The notes: generated by a model from the sequence alone, not told the origin. A stretch of DNA of 39,644 bases from Verrucomicrobiales bacterium (GCA_031411295.1 JANOAV010000052.1:1-39644), one strand, 5' to 3'. Counted from the stretch's first letter, positions 25,253 through 34,215 are shown. Translations and numbers: made by a program.

Positions 25253-26434
25253 ATGAACTTCCCCGCCATGCCCATTGTCGCCAGTTATTGCACCACCTTC
25301 CTCAAGCCGGAAATGCTCCACATTTACCGGCAGGTGAATGGCTTGTGTCGTTATCAAACGTTTGTTATCTGCAAGGAACGGATGTGTGAGGATAAATTTC
25401 CGTTCCCCCAGGTCGAAATCCAGCCCCGCGTGAGGAAGAATTTCCTGCGGCGGTTTTGGCTCAAGCATGTCAAGAAGGAGCCAGCGATCGTCTATCGCGG
25501 TGAATATGGAGTGATCGCCCGGATTCTGGAGCGACGGGAAGCAGATTTGTTGCACGTGTATTTCGGCCACACCGGAGTGCATTTGTTGCCGTTTCTGGTG
25601 CGCACGCCGATTCCTTGCGTGGTCTCTTTTCACGGCATGGACATCCAGCCGCGGGAGGATCGGCCCGGATACGTGGAGGCATTGAAGGCCATGCTGCAAT
25701 TCCTCCCGTTAGTGCTGGCACGCTCCCAATCCTTGAAGGAGCGATTGGTCGAGTTGGGCTGTCCGCCGGAGAATATTCGCATCAACCGCACTGGCATTCC
25801 CATGCACGCATTTCCGGTGGTGGAGCGGGCCTTTCCCGGTGACGGGAAATGGCGTTTTGCGCAAGCCTGTCGGTTGATCGAGAAGAAGGGACTGGATGTG
25901 GCCTTGCGCGCCTTCGCGGAGTTCACCAAGCAGTTTCCTGTGGCCCATTTTACCATTGCGGGCGATGGGCCGTTGCGGGAATCACTCGGGCAACTGGTAG
26001 CCGAGCTGGGCCTGACCGCCCAGGTGACGTTCACTGGCTTTCTGAGTGAGGCCCAATTGTGCGCGCTATATCACGCCAGCCACGCCTTCCTGCATCCCAG
26101 CCAAATGACTGCGGACCAGAATCAGGAGGGCATACCTAATTCCATGCTGGAGGCCATGGCCACCGGGTTGCCCGTGCTGGCCACTTATCACGGAGGGATT
26201 CCAGAGGCGGTGCGGGACAATGAGACCGGTCTGCTAGTAGAGGAACGGGATGGGGATCGGCTCCTGGATAACCTGCTACGACTGGCGCACGAACCTGGGT
26301 TGTGGCAGCGGTTAGGAGCTGCGGCTGCGGCGGATGTAAGGTTGAACTTCGAACATAGTGCGCAAATTGCGAATCTTGAATCCATCTATGATGAAGCCAT
26401 CCGGCGGGGGCATCCGCAGCGCTCTGGAGCCTGA
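25253..26434 (+). CDS. GT4-family glycosyltransferase (WcaL-like)
   Basis: SFHGMD, RLIEKKG, EGIPNSMLEAMATGLPVLATYHGGIPE. Confidence 0.93.
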   Translation: MNFPAMPIVASYCTTFLKPEMLHIYRQVNGLCRYQTFVICKERMCEDKFPFPQVEIQPRVRKNFLRRFWLKHVKKEPAIVYRGEYGVIARILERREADLLHVYFGHTGVHLLPFLVRTPIPCVVSFHGMDIQPREDRPGYVEALKAMLQFLPLVLARSQSLKERLVELGCPPENIRINRTGIPMHAFPVVERAFPGDGKWRFAQACRLIEKKGLDVALRAFAEFTKQFPVAHFTIAGDGPLRESLGQLVAELGLTAQVTFTGFLSEAQLCALYHASHAFLHPSQMTADQNQEGIPNSMLEAMATGLPVLATYHGGIPEAVRDNETGLLVEERDGDRLLDNLLRLAHEPGLWQRLGAAAAADVRLNFEHSAQIANLESIYDEAIRRGHPQRSGA

Positions 26435-26537
26435 TCGCAGAGCGGTTCACGAATTTATTTTGCAACCAAACCCGACCCGCAGGGTTTTGCTCTATGCACC
26501 TAGTGTGCGATGTCGAACCCACCCACCCATCAAGCTT

Positions 26538-27575
26538 ATGAAACTCTATTCCGCTCTCGCGTTGCTCTGCACTAGCTTTTGCCTGGCGCAAACCCCTCCG
26601 CCGACCCCTGCTGGCCCCCCGCCCACCCAACCCTCACCATTCCCGCAGAATGGCCCTTCTGCGGGCGGCCCCAACGGTCCCGCTAAGGATGCTGGTGATC
26701 GGTCCGGACGACCATTTGTGGATATGATGCGGCAGCGTTTCGACAGCAAGGGGGGCGGAATGGATCAGCTCAACGAAGAGGATCGCAAACGCCTGCGCAC
26801 CGTCATGGAGAAGGTATGGAACAAGGACGAAGTTAAGTCGGCCCGTGATGCCGCTGCCGATGCCGCCAAAAAGTATCGCGATGTGATGCATGAAGCCGCC
26901 ATCAAAGAGGATCCTTCCTTGGCCCCGTTACTGGAGAAAATAAAGGCTAACATGGAGCGCATGCCGATGGGCGGCCCCGGCGGTCCAGGCTTTTCGCCTA
27001 GCCAACCGGGGCAGCCACGCCAACCCAATCCCGGTGGACCACCGCAAGGCCCGCCGAACGGTCCCGGTGGTCCGGGGGCCGGTCCTGCCGGCGGCCCTGG
27101 AGGCGCGCCTGGTGCAGGTCCTGAGGCACCATCCGCCCGCCCGGCCGGACGAGGCGAAGGGATTCGCGGTGGTGACGGTGGCCGCGGTGAGGGCACCATG
27201 AGACTGTTTGGACTCGAGTCCTCTGAGCTGCAAAAACTTCCCGAGGATCAGCGTGGTCGCCTGCGCGAAGCCTTCGAGAAAATCATGCAGCATCCGGAAG
27301 TGAAAGCAGCCCGTGAAGCGGCCGAAAAGGCCGACGGAGAGGGCAAACGTGAGGCCTTCCGTAAAATGCGCGATGCCGTGAAAACAGTGGCGGAGAAGGA
27401 GTATCCTGAGCTGGCCAAAATTGTGGAGCGGCTGCGCAGTCAAGCGGGTCCCGGCAGAGAAGGTCGCGAGGGACGTCCGCCGCTGGAAGAATCGGCTCCC
27501 ACTCCGCCTCCTGCCAGGGGCGAAGCCCCGCCTGCCAATACGCCAGGCGCACCAGAGAACGCTCCACCGAAGTAA
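26538..27575 (+). CDS. Secreted Pro/Gly-rich protein with two copies of a charged helical domain
   Basis: Signal peptide MKLYSALALLCTSFCLA-Q. Repeats L.EEDRKRLR..MEK....EVKSAR and LPEDQRGRLR.AFEK....EVKAAR. The ORF-track start at 26358 overlaps the GT gene. Confidence 0.8.
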   Translation: MKLYSALALLCTSFCLAQTPPPTPAGPPPTQPSPFPQNGPSAGGPNGPAKDAGDRSGRPFVDMMRQRFDSKGGGMDQLNEEDRKRLRTVMEKVWNKDEVKSARDAAADAAKKYRDVMHEAAIKEDPSLAPLLEKIKANMERMPMGGPGGPGFSPSQPGQPRQPNPGGPPQGPPNGPGGPGAGPAGGPGGAPGAGPEAPSARPAGRGEGIRGGDGGRGEGTMRLFGLESSELQKLPEDQRGRLREAFEKIMQHPEVKAAREAAEKADGEGKREAFRKMRDAVKTVAEKEYPELAKIVERLRSQAGPGREGREGRPPLEESAPTPPPARGEAPPANTPGAPENAPPK

Positions 27576-27671
27576 TGCGGCCGTGCGGCACCCGCTCAAG
27601 CGTGCCCGGGTCCGGGGGGGGCGGCCAAAGCGCTCGAACAAGCCCTCGCTACAGGCAGCGAAATACCACGC

Positions 27672-27796
27672 AAAGCCACCGTAGTCCGGGGCTTCAGCCC
27701 GTCGAACCATCCCCGTGAACCAGAGGTCTGAATCCGCTTGGGACAGGCTTGCGGACTAAAGCCCATCACTACTTAAAGCCACCGCAGTCCGGGGCT
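27672..27796. repeat. GTAG-type REP cluster (family D)
   Basis: GTAGTCCGGGGCTTCAGCCCG at 27681-27701, an inverted partner at 27752-27772 (16/21), and a truncated third copy at 27775-27796 (21/22 identical to 27672-27693). Confidence 0.8.
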
Positions 27797-27801
27797 GGCG
27801 G

Positions 27802-28109
27802 GCCTTATTCCAAGTTGCGTTCCAGATGAGGTGATCCTGGAGGGATCTCAGAAATTAGCCGGGGGTTGAGCGATAGCGATACCCCCGGTTAGAGGACCGA
27901 AAGAATTGCATCCCGGCAGGGATGCCAGATCAGCAATATGGGAGGGAATGGATTGGCCCGCACGATCCTATTCTGGCATCCCTGCCGGGATGCGGTCACT
28001 TCGGTGGGATACCGGGGGTATCGCTATCGCTCGACCCCCGGCTAATTTCTGTCAAGCCTCCGGCTTGAATCTGATAAGCTCTCATCTTGAACGCAACTTG
28101 GAATTAGGC
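27802..28109. mobile_element. 308-bp MITE-like element with three nested inverted-repeat pairs
   Basis: 29-bp terminal IRs (27802-27830 and 28081-28109, 2 mismatches), 41-bp IRs (27849-27889 and 28011-28051, 1 mismatch) and 22-bp perfect IRs (27908-27929 and 27972-27993). Confidence 0.85.
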
Positions 28110-28111
28110 AC

Positions 28112-31012
28112 CTACGGCCCGCCGAGAAATTCCAGCAAATCCGCCAAATCCTGATCCGCCAGTCCCTGCTCCAGCCCTTCTGGCATCAGTGATCGGTTGC
28201 TGAGTTCCAGTTTCTCCAACTCTGCTCGAAGCAGCGTCATTTCCTGCCCTTGGGCGTTGCGGAAATGGATTTCATGGAGGTCCTCGCTCATGAGTAATCC
28301 GGCGTAGGATTCACCTGATTTAGTTTTGAGGGTGATCAGTTGATAGGCTCCGGCCACTTCCCGATTTGGATCCAGTAGATTTACTAGCAACGATGGTTTG
28401 CCGAGATTGCGAAATGTTTTACGTTCAGGTCCGACCGCATTTCCTTCGTTGCCGTGGCGATGGCAGATGAGGCAGCGCTGGCGAAAGGTGGTTTCGCCTT
28501 TGGCGGCGTTTCCGCTCAAGGTCAGGGCACCCAAATGGTCATTGATGACCTTCTGACGATCCACTGGGGCTCCGAAGAGGGAATTGGCGGGTTCTGGTAG
28601 AAGCCGCCTAGCCTGATTGATCTGGACCGCGGAAAGTTCCTCCTTGGCGATGCGTCCCTCCGTAATGTGCTCCAACAGAGGCTTGGCGCGAGCACTGGAT
28701 TTCAGATGCCAATCCAATATTGCTTGGCGAAGCGATATCGGCTGAAGGGACCAAGTGGTGGTCAATTGTTCCACTGCCGCTGGGTCCAAGGCTGGAACCA
28801 TCATGGCCCGCAACGCCTGCGGAATCTGCGCGTTCATGACACTCTGCTTTAGGAAATCGAGTTCTGGTGGATTGGTTTTGAGGAGTAAGGCGACTGCCGG
28901 ATTCGTGAACTTCCCTCTGGCAAATTCCGCTTTGATGGCGGCCAGTGTTTTAGCGGAAGGTGCTGCGCCCAACGCCGCCAATTCAGCCAGGGAAATGGGT
29001 GCGGAGGATTCGAGGAAATTGCGCGCTTCAGTCTTAATCGCAGCATCACCCGACTTCCCTAGCATGGCCCACAGATCCAGATCGTGTGTCACTTGCGCCA
29101 TCAACAGGATTTCGGAGGACTTGGCCGCAAGCCTCACTGCTTGTTTAACCCTGGCGGAATCTTTGCGATACAACCGTAGAAGTTGATCGCCTGTTTCCGC
29201 GCCCCAGATGGGCCGCAGGATGGCTGGGAGTTCCGCCAACACAAAGGGGTCTGTGCTTTGCGCCGTTGCTTCAGCAAGCTGCTTTGCTTCCGCTAATCCG
29301 TTGGCTGGCTCCTGTGCTGAAGGTTGGCTCCCCCGAATTTCCACGCACTCTCCCAACCAGCGAACGATGCCAGATTTGCCCGCCGGAGCTTTCTCCCAGA
29401 CTCTTTTCACATCAGCGACGCGCAGGTCACCTGCCCTGGCCAAGCTCGCCAATCCCAGTGGACTGGCGGATCGATGCAGCAAGCCTCGGGCTACTTGCCA
29501 AAGCTCAGCATCGCCCGTGGAGGGCGACGTTAGGAGACCAGCACCGCGCCCCGCAGACTTCCCCTGACCTGAAGCAGGTCTCGTGACCTCGCCCTCCACA
29601 CGGGCGTCCTCTCCAGCAGCGATCCTCATTAACAATCTCTGCGCAGTCTCCCGATGCCAAGCGTTCGGATGTTCCAACATTAGCACCAACTCAGCGGGTT
29701 CTTGCAGTGATGGCAGGGGCCTCGAAGGTCGTTTCCAGTCTTTGGGCACCACGCGCCAGATGCGCCCGAGATTCTCTCCACTGGCGAGATCTAACTGGGA
29801 TTTGATGCTGTCAGGCAACGAATCCGGATGCTCAATAATTTCCCGCGCCATGTCCGCTATGTAGAGCGCCCCGTCTGGTCCGGTGGTGCAGGCCACGGGG
29901 CGGAACCAGTTACTGTCGCTCGTAAGAAATTCCGTTTTCGCCTCATCCGCGGCGCGCTCAGCGATCAAGGTATCGCCCTGCTGACGGATGATTTTTCGAT
30001 GCACCAGATTGCTTCCAACATCACAGATGAAGACATTACCCAGAAACTCCGCGCCCAGAGCATCACCCCGATAAACGTGAAGTCCGCAGGCTGAAGTGAA
30101 GTATCCTGACGAGCGACCACCGCCCTCCACCAAGCCAGAAACCTGCCCGGTGGCCCGCCAGCGCGTCCTAACCACACGCCATGCTTCCTCCGGACTGGTG
30201 CGGAAGACCTCCGCCGCAGGTCCATCCACCGGAATATCTAACAGGGTGGCAGTATTGGCTCCGTGGTGTCGTTCCCACGGCACCCATTGCAAATGGTGAC
30301 TGTTGCTGCAGACGAAACGTCGGCCCATTTCGTCGAATGTTAGTCCGAATTGAGCTGTGCCCACCTCGCGTTGGATTTTGTTCGTGGCGGGATCGAGGGA
30401 GAAATCCTGACCATTCATCGACTGCCCGGAAATGAGGCCCCCATTGCCCGCCGTGGATCCCCAGATGCGACCATCCGGCCCCCACGTTAGGCTGTTCGGC
30501 AGCGCCTGCACATTGGGCTTGGCCTTGCCGCTCGCGAAGCCAGTTGCGATGGTTTGCCGTTCATCCGCCACACCATCGTTATTAGTATCAATCGCGAAAA
30601 TAAGCTCTGGCGAAGCCAGCACATAGACGCCACCGCGCGCACACACAATGCCCGTGGGCCAAGGGAGGTCTTTGAGGAACACGGTCGATTTTTCAAACAC
30701 GCCATCGCCATCGGCATCGATTAATTTTCGCACCGTGCCCATCTTCTGATCCCGCCGCTCCGGTAGTGGATAGTCGCGCATTTCCACGACATACAGCGCG
30801 CCAAATTCATCGAACGCCATGGCCACGGGATCCACCACATTAGGCTCGCTGGCCGCCAGTTCCACGCGCAGGCCCAGGCGCACATGCAGCGCAGCCTGGG
30901 ATGCCGCCAAACTGGGCGCAGGCAGGCGCGGCAAATCATCCGCCGACACCGTGGGTTCCGCACTGGTTAACACCGTGGCGCCATGCAGAGCGATGAAAAT
31001 AAGAAGACGCAT
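28112..31012 (-). CDS. PVC-type haem-binding CxxCH protein with membrane-bound-dehydrogenase-like beta-propeller
   Basis: ELAASEP.VVDPVAMAFD, D.DGDG.FEKSTVF, WFRPV....GPDGALYIADM, CLICH..G.EG.AVGP, SLMPEGLE. Start set at MRLLIF. Confidence 0.92.
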   Translation of the reverse strand: MRLLIFIALHGATVLTSAEPTVSADDLPRLPAPSLAASQAALHVRLGLRVELAASEPNVVDPVAMAFDEFGALYVVEMRDYPLPERRDQKMGTVRKLIDADGDGVFEKSTVFLKDLPWPTGIVCARGGVYVLASPELIFAIDTNNDGVADERQTIATGFASGKAKPNVQALPNSLTWGPDGRIWGSTAGNGGLISGQSMNGQDFSLDPATNKIQREVGTAQFGLTFDEMGRRFVCSNSHHLQWVPWERHHGANTATLLDIPVDGPAAEVFRTSPEEAWRVVRTRWRATGQVSGLVEGGGRSSGYFTSACGLHVYRGDALGAEFLGNVFICDVGSNLVHRKIIRQQGDTLIAERAADEAKTEFLTSDSNWFRPVACTTGPDGALYIADMAREIIEHPDSLPDSIKSQLDLASGENLGRIWRVVPKDWKRPSRPLPSLQEPAELVLMLEHPNAWHRETAQRLLMRIAAGEDARVEGEVTRPASGQGKSAGRGAGLLTSPSTGDAELWQVARGLLHRSASPLGLASLARAGDLRVADVKRVWEKAPAGKSGIVRWLGECVEIRGSQPSAQEPANGLAEAKQLAEATAQSTDPFVLAELPAILRPIWGAETGDQLLRLYRKDSARVKQAVRLAAKSSEILLMAQVTHDLDLWAMLGKSGDAAIKTEARNFLESSAPISLAELAALGAAPSAKTLAAIKAEFARGKFTNPAVALLLKTNPPELDFLKQSVMNAQIPQALRAMMVPALDPAAVEQLTTTWSLQPISLRQAILDWHLKSSARAKPLLEHITEGRIAKEELSAVQINQARRLLPEPANSLFGAPVDRQKVINDHLGALTLSGNAAKGETTFRQRCLICHRHGNEGNAVGPERKTFRNLGKPSLLVNLLDPNREVAGAYQLITLKTKSGESYAGLLMSEDLHEIHFRNAQGQEMTLLRAELEKLELSNRSLMPEGLEQGLADQDLADLLEFLGGP
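29517..29599. repeat. Inverted REP doublet (family B) lying in frame inside the CxxCH gene
   Basis: Arms 29517-29539 and 29577-29599, 20/23 complementary, both starting GTGG. Translated as VEGEVTRP...GLLTSPST. Confidence 0.85.
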
Positions 31013-31057
31013 AGAGGGAGCTTTACGGGAGATGCTTTCATCTGGCAAGGTCCGCAC

Positions 31058-32428
31058 ATGCCTAAGTCTCTCCGATTCCTTCCGCTCTTGCTGGCCTGCG
31101 TGCTGGCTGTGGGTGCCGCCATCTTGTTTGCCGGAAATTCAGCTCCTGTCAGTGGGTTGCGCGTGGCCACGTTCGATCTTGATGCCACGCCACCGGTGGG
31201 ATCAAGACTAACCTATGACCCCATGATTGATGTCGGGCCCTTGGGGCTGCGTTGTCGGGGGATGGTGCTCATGGGAGCGGGCGACCCGATTGTGCTCTGT
31301 GCCGTGGATTGGATCGGCATCGCCAACGAAGGTCACGACGCCTTCCGAGCCACCCTCGCCAAGGCGGCTGGCACCAAGCCGGAACGCGTAGCGGTGCACG
31401 TGCTCCATCAGCACGATGCGCCCATTTGTGACTTCACCACCGAGCGTATTCTGCGCACTGCCGGGATGGATCCGGAGGTATTCGATTCCTCCTGGCAGCG
31501 CAAATGGTTGGATCATTTGGGCCAGACTGTCAGTAAATCACTCGCGAAGACCACGCCCGTCACTCATGTGGGATTTGGGGAAGGGAAAGTGGAGCAAGTG
31601 GCGAGCAATCGACGCATTCTGGGGCCTGACGGAAAGGTGAAGAGCGTGCGCTTCACGGCCTGCAAAGATCCCGCCATCCGGGCGGAACCGGAAGGCGTGA
31701 TTGATCCCATTGCTTCAGCGGTGAGCTTATGGAATAACGATACCCCAGTGGTTGTCCTCACCTACTTCGCCACGCATCCACAGAGTTACTATCGCACCGG
31801 CATTGCGAATCCTGACTTCCCTGGCATGGCACGGTTTTTAAGAGATCAGGAATTGTCGGTGCTCCACGTGCATTTCAACGGAGCCGCCGGAAATATCGGC
31901 GCAGGGAAATACAACGACGGCAGCATCGCGAATCGCCCAGTGTTAGCGAAACGCCTGGCCGATGGTCTGCGTAAGGCTTGGGATGGCTCCCAAAAGCAAC
32001 CCCTTTCAGCGGAGGACATTTCCTGGAAAACCGTGGGCGTGGCCCTGCCACCTCGGGAAAATTTAAAGGCCGAAACCCTCAAGTCCCAACTCAAGCCCAA
32101 CGACGGCATCCTCAGTGCCGCCATGCAACTCGCCTGGCTGGAACGTTGTCAGCAAGGACATAAAATCGAACTTCAGCGCCTGCGGTTAGGCACCGTGGAC
32201 ATCCTGCATTTCCCCGGAGAATTGTTCGTCGAGTATCAGCTTGAAGCCAAGAAAGTGGCCGGATCCCGCCACGTGGCCTTTGCCGCCTACGGAGATTACG
32301 GCCCCGGCTACATCGGCACCGAGATCGCTTATTCTCAAGGTGGCTATGAAACGCAGCCCAGTAGTTCCTTCGTAGCCCCAGCGGTGGAGAAGGTGTTGTT
32401 TGATGGAATCCGGCAATTACTGGAGTGA
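31058..32428 (+). CDS. Neutral/alkaline-ceramidase-like putative metallohydrolase, secreted
   Basis: Signal peptide. D.TPP, H.LHQHDAP, YFATHP, GAAGNI, PGELFVEY, AYGDY..GYI, GGYE motifs. Confidence 0.75.
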   Translation: MPKSLRFLPLLLACVLAVGAAILFAGNSAPVSGLRVATFDLDATPPVGSRLTYDPMIDVGPLGLRCRGMVLMGAGDPIVLCAVDWIGIANEGHDAFRATLAKAAGTKPERVAVHVLHQHDAPICDFTTERILRTAGMDPEVFDSSWQRKWLDHLGQTVSKSLAKTTPVTHVGFGEGKVEQVASNRRILGPDGKVKSVRFTACKDPAIRAEPEGVIDPIASAVSLWNNDTPVVVLTYFATHPQSYYRTGIANPDFPGMARFLRDQELSVLHVHFNGAAGNIGAGKYNDGSIANRPVLAKRLADGLRKAWDGSQKQPLSAEDISWKTVGVALPPRENLKAETLKSQLKPNDGILSAAMQLAWLERCQQGHKIELQRLRLGTVDILHFPGELFVEYQLEAKKVAGSRHVAFAAYGDYGPGYIGTEIAYSQGGYETQPSSSFVAPAVEKVLFDGIRQLLE

Positions 32429-32469
32429 TTGAGGAATTGTGTCAAAGCGCAACGCCAACGAAAGGCAGC

Positions 32470-32493
32470 GTGGTCGCAGTCCGCTGGACTGCG
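32470..32493 (+). repeat. Single GTGG-type REP, variant of family A
   Basis: GTGGT-CGCAGTCC-GCT-GGACTGCG, lying between convergent genes. Confidence 0.65.
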
Positions 32494-32649
32494 GCAATCG
32501 GGGTGGGGATGAGCAGTCGAGCCGCCTGCTCCCCCCTGGCTTGGCGTGCGGCCTGCTTGCAAGCGGACCCCAGGAAGTATTGCAAAAAGGATTGAGATTT
32601 GGGTAATTTAAGCGTCTTCGCTCCGAAACGACCCTTCGCATTGGTTGGA

Positions 32650-34215
32650 TTAAGGCAGCGTCAGCCAATTATTGAAAATGGAACCCATCACAGTCCATGG
32701 GTTAGTCGAATTGAACACAGGGGTATTGGAATTATCGAGGAAATCATCCCAATACAGCCAGTCTTCATTGCTTCCAGCCCTGCATTCGAGATGGGTGGTC
32801 GTGAGCGCTACCCGGCCCAGTCCATACGTGTAACGCACGAGATCTGGCTTGCCAGCAGCGGAGCCATTATAAGCGAACGTTCCAGCGGTATAGACGTGGG
32901 ATCCTTGCAGTGCATCCGCAGGGATAGTGTGGTAGCCTCCTCCATAATACATCACGTTCACGTTCCCCAAATTCCCAATAACAGGATCACCAGAGAAATT
33001 TACCGGCGTCAGCACGTATTGGGGCCAAGGGGCGATGTCATCAATCGGGCCAATGTCTTGTCCCTTATAAATTCCCAGAGGGTATGAGTAGGCTCTACCC
33101 AGCCAACTGATCGTCTCTGGTGCATAAAACGACCCGGCGCAGATCCCGTAATAACTGCCACCAGAGCTAATAAAAGTGCGAATCTTCTGCTCCTGTCCGG
33201 CCAGTCCGGTCTTGTAACCGTAGGAATATCCGCCGGGAAAAGTAACAACCTTAAAATTGCCAAGCGTAAGTCGATTATCGATGATCTCTTGGAAACGAAT
33301 CGCCAGCGGAATGTTCCCGGTGGATTCAATGCCGCGCGCGACTGCTGGCAGCAAGCCCGGCCAAGCCCCGCCATCACCATTGTGCTGAGCCATGAGCGCC
33401 ACCCGTTGACCCAACGGGTTTGGCGTGGGATTGATCACTGGCGCCGAGGAATCACCATTAAAGGCGCAACCAATCATCCGCCCCAGCATCGACCAAGCTC
33501 CGACAGAGTTGGTATGAAAGCCACCCATCGCCCAATTGTCCCAGATGGTCCAGTCCAGTTCACTGTCGCCCCGCAGCTCTAATGTAAAGGAGGTCATCAC
33601 GATATAACCTGCCCCGTAGGCTTGGCGGACAATGACCGCGTTCTTGGCAGAATCTCTTGCCACGACAGAGACTCCGGCCGGTGGGGAGGGGAAAAACCCT
33701 CCGCCATAGGAATGCCACGCTTCCTGCGTGCCACTGCCAAATGAGGGGTCCGTGATGGTGAAGGTGCGCTTGCCGATGTTGTTCGTGACGTTGGTGTAGT
33801 TCCCAAGATAAACATCAAACGTGCCCCCGTTTTGGGCTGAGAAAAAGGCCCCAGCTTCTTCGGCAACTAAACCCCCACCAGCAGTGAGATAGGCTCGCAT
33901 GGCATTTTTCGTAGCAATCTGATCGAGTGCGTCCCCATCGGCGTATTTGCCGGCGCAACACTTTTTCCCTTCCTCACCGGGAGGAATCACCAAGACATCA
34001 AAATTTTGAGGAGTGAGCCGACCATTCACGATGTCTGACTTGGTGATTGCCATGGGGCTGTTTCCCATGGAGGCGACGGCTCGAAACATGGCTAGAATGG
34101 TGCTCGATTCGGCCCCGGTGCCACTATAAATACCCACCTTCAAGCCGGTGGGGGCTGCCATCACCTTGCCCTGGCCGATTGTCCAAGCGATGAGTATAAG
34201 CGAAGCAGCCTTCAT
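32650..34215 (-). CDS. Secreted protein with two tandem BPL_N-like (class I glutamine-amidotransferase fold) domains
   Basis: Signal peptide MKAASLILIAW..VMA-AP. Domain 2 has FPGG, FISSGGSYYGICAGSFYA, MYYGGG, YGLGRVAL..THLE. Domain 1 parallels it (IPPG, YLTAGGGLVAEEAGAFF, SYGGG, YGAGYIV...FTLE). Confidence 0.8.
   Translation of the reverse strand: MKAASLILIAWTIGQGKVMAAPTGLKVGIYSGTGAESSTILAMFRAVASMGNSPMAITKSDIVNGRLTPQNFDVLVIPPGEEGKKCCAGKYADGDALDQIATKNAMRAYLTAGGGLVAEEAGAFFSAQNGGTFDVYLGNYTNVTNNIGKRTFTITDPSFGSGTQEAWHSYGGGFFPSPPAGVSVVARDSAKNAVIVRQAYGAGYIVMTSFTLELRGDSELDWTIWDNWAMGGFHTNSVGAWSMLGRMIGCAFNGDSSAPVINPTPNPLGQRVALMAQHNGDGGAWPGLLPAVARGIESTGNIPLAIRFQEIIDNRLTLGNFKVVTFPGGYSYGYKTGLAGQEQKIRTFISSGGSYYGICAGSFYAPETISWLGRAYSYPLGIYKGQDIGPIDDIAPWPQYVLTPVNFSGDPVIGNLGNVNVMYYGGGYHTIPADALQGSHVYTAGTFAYNGSAAGKPDLVRYTYGLGRVALTTTHLECRAGSNEDWLYWDDFLDNSNTPVFNSTNPWTVMGSIFNNWLTLP

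Noticed and set aside
24656..25699. 347-aa antisense ORF and the many other shadow ORFs opposite long genes
   Set aside because: They lie antisense to well-supported genes in GC-rich DNA and carry no motifs.
27640..27700. Possible c-di-GMP-I riboswitch (GAAA...CGCAAAGCC)
   Set aside because: The P2 stem and GCAAA context are missing, the site lies between convergent genes, and the sequence is explained by the REP cluster.
27906..28154. 82-aa ORF inside the nested palindrome
   Set aside because: It is a translation of the repeat element with no transposase motifs.
29293..29345. Second apparent low-complexity insert in the CxxCH gene (VEIRGSQPSAQEPANG)
   Set aside because: No convincing inverted repeat and no second copy in the window.
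32650..34215. Biotin-protein ligase (birA) call
   Set aside because: Only BPL_N-like domains are present. There is no ligase catalytic domain (GRGR motif), and the protein has a signal peptide.
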